Shown here in pieces: positions 63,465 through 64,000 of a stretch of 64,000 bases of DNA. Source of the stretch: Candidatus Kapaibacterium sp. (lineage in GTDB: Bacteria; Bacteroidota; Ignavibacteria; Kapaibacteriales; UBA2268); contig OY762428.1 of NCBI GenBank assembly GCA_963665665.1, positions 1,280,001 to 1,344,000 on the forward strand, given 5' to 3'. The notes below the pieces were generated by a model, which was not told the DNA's origin, did not search any database, and saw only the letters and a program-made list of their open reading frames with translations. The position numbers and the translations under genes were made by a program. Every line of letters starts with the position of its first letter. The stretch's first letter is position 1.

Positions 63465-63520
63465 TATCATTATATATCAAATAAGTTTCTATCATTTTTT
63501 CAATAATCAGGGAGAAGATT

Positions 63521-64000
63521 ATGAAAGCAATAGAAAAGCAAAAAAATATATTCGAAGCAATAAAGAAAACAAATGATGAAGGAATAGAATACTGGTCTGC
63601 CCGGGAATTAGGAAAAGTTCTGGATTACAATGACTATCGAAATTTTCAAAAAGTTATAGAAAAATCCAAAATTGCCTGTAGCAATAGTCATAATGATATC
63701 GAAGACCATTTCGTTGACGTCACCGAAATGGTTCAGATCGGTTCTGGCGCACAAAGAACGATCTCAACCGTTTGGCTTTCGAGATATGCTTGCTATCTGA
63801 TCGTCCAAAATGCCGATCCACAAAAAGAAATTGTAGCCCTTGGCCAAACCTATTTTGCTTATCAAACAAGAAAACAGGAAATTGAGGAATCAGAAGAATA
63901 TAATTCTCTTGAAACCGAAGATAAGAAACGACTTTATTTGAGAAATCAGTTGAAAAAACATAACATTCAGTTGATGAGCGCCGCAAAAAATGCTGGCGTT
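63521..64000 (+). CDS. dinD: DNA-damage-inducible protein D family (3' partial, absent from the ORF track)
   Basis: Hand translation ...EYWSARELGKVLDY...LSRYACYLIVQNADPQKEIVALGQTYFAYQTRKQE. GGGAG RBS. Confidence 0.88.
   Translation, partial: MKAIEKQKNIFEAIKKTNDEGIEYWSARELGKVLDYNDYRNFQKVIEKSKIACSNSHNDIEDHFVDVTEMVQIGSGAQRTISTVWLSRYACYLIVQNADPQKEIVALGQTYFAYQTRKQEIEESEEYNSLETEDKKRLYLRNQLKKHNIQLMSAAKNAGV

Noticed and set aside
63455-63490. dif/Xer-like site between the R-M gene and dinD
   Set aside because: Only a weak resemblance in AT-rich sequence, and the arm spacing does not fit.
1-64000. tRNA/rRNA genes, transposases, integrases, reverse transcriptase/DGR
   Set aside because: None recognised in the sequence or the ORF translations.

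Overview
AT-rich chromosomal window from a Bacteroidota/Chlorobi-Ignavibacteria-like bacterium. The taxonomy is inferred from several secreted proteins with T9SS-type C-terminal domains and a twin-OmpA protein. Most of the window is housekeeping and envelope genes: lon 3' end, purine nucleoside phosphorylase, yggS, purF, MBOAT plus partner, rho, a Y-family polymerase, speB, dapD, hemC, transporters and a TonB-receptor/YfiR/histidine-kinase module. It also carries a qmoA-qmoB-like operon with an uncharacterised 779-aa helical-repeat protein in place of qmoC, and a truncated type ISP-like restriction-modification gene followed by dinD at the right edge. The most unusual structure is a modular intergenic element present as two large inverted copies (about 1080-2187 and 11507-13130) that bracket the qmo operon, plus a minimal third copy (about 26130-26440). 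Each large copy has two adjoining 21-bp tandem arrays that are diverged reverse complements of each other. They meet at an identical ~100-bp junction and are embedded in several REP-like palindrome families. One copy also has a 42-bp higher-order repeat. All calls were made by eye from the sequence and translations; no database search was run.
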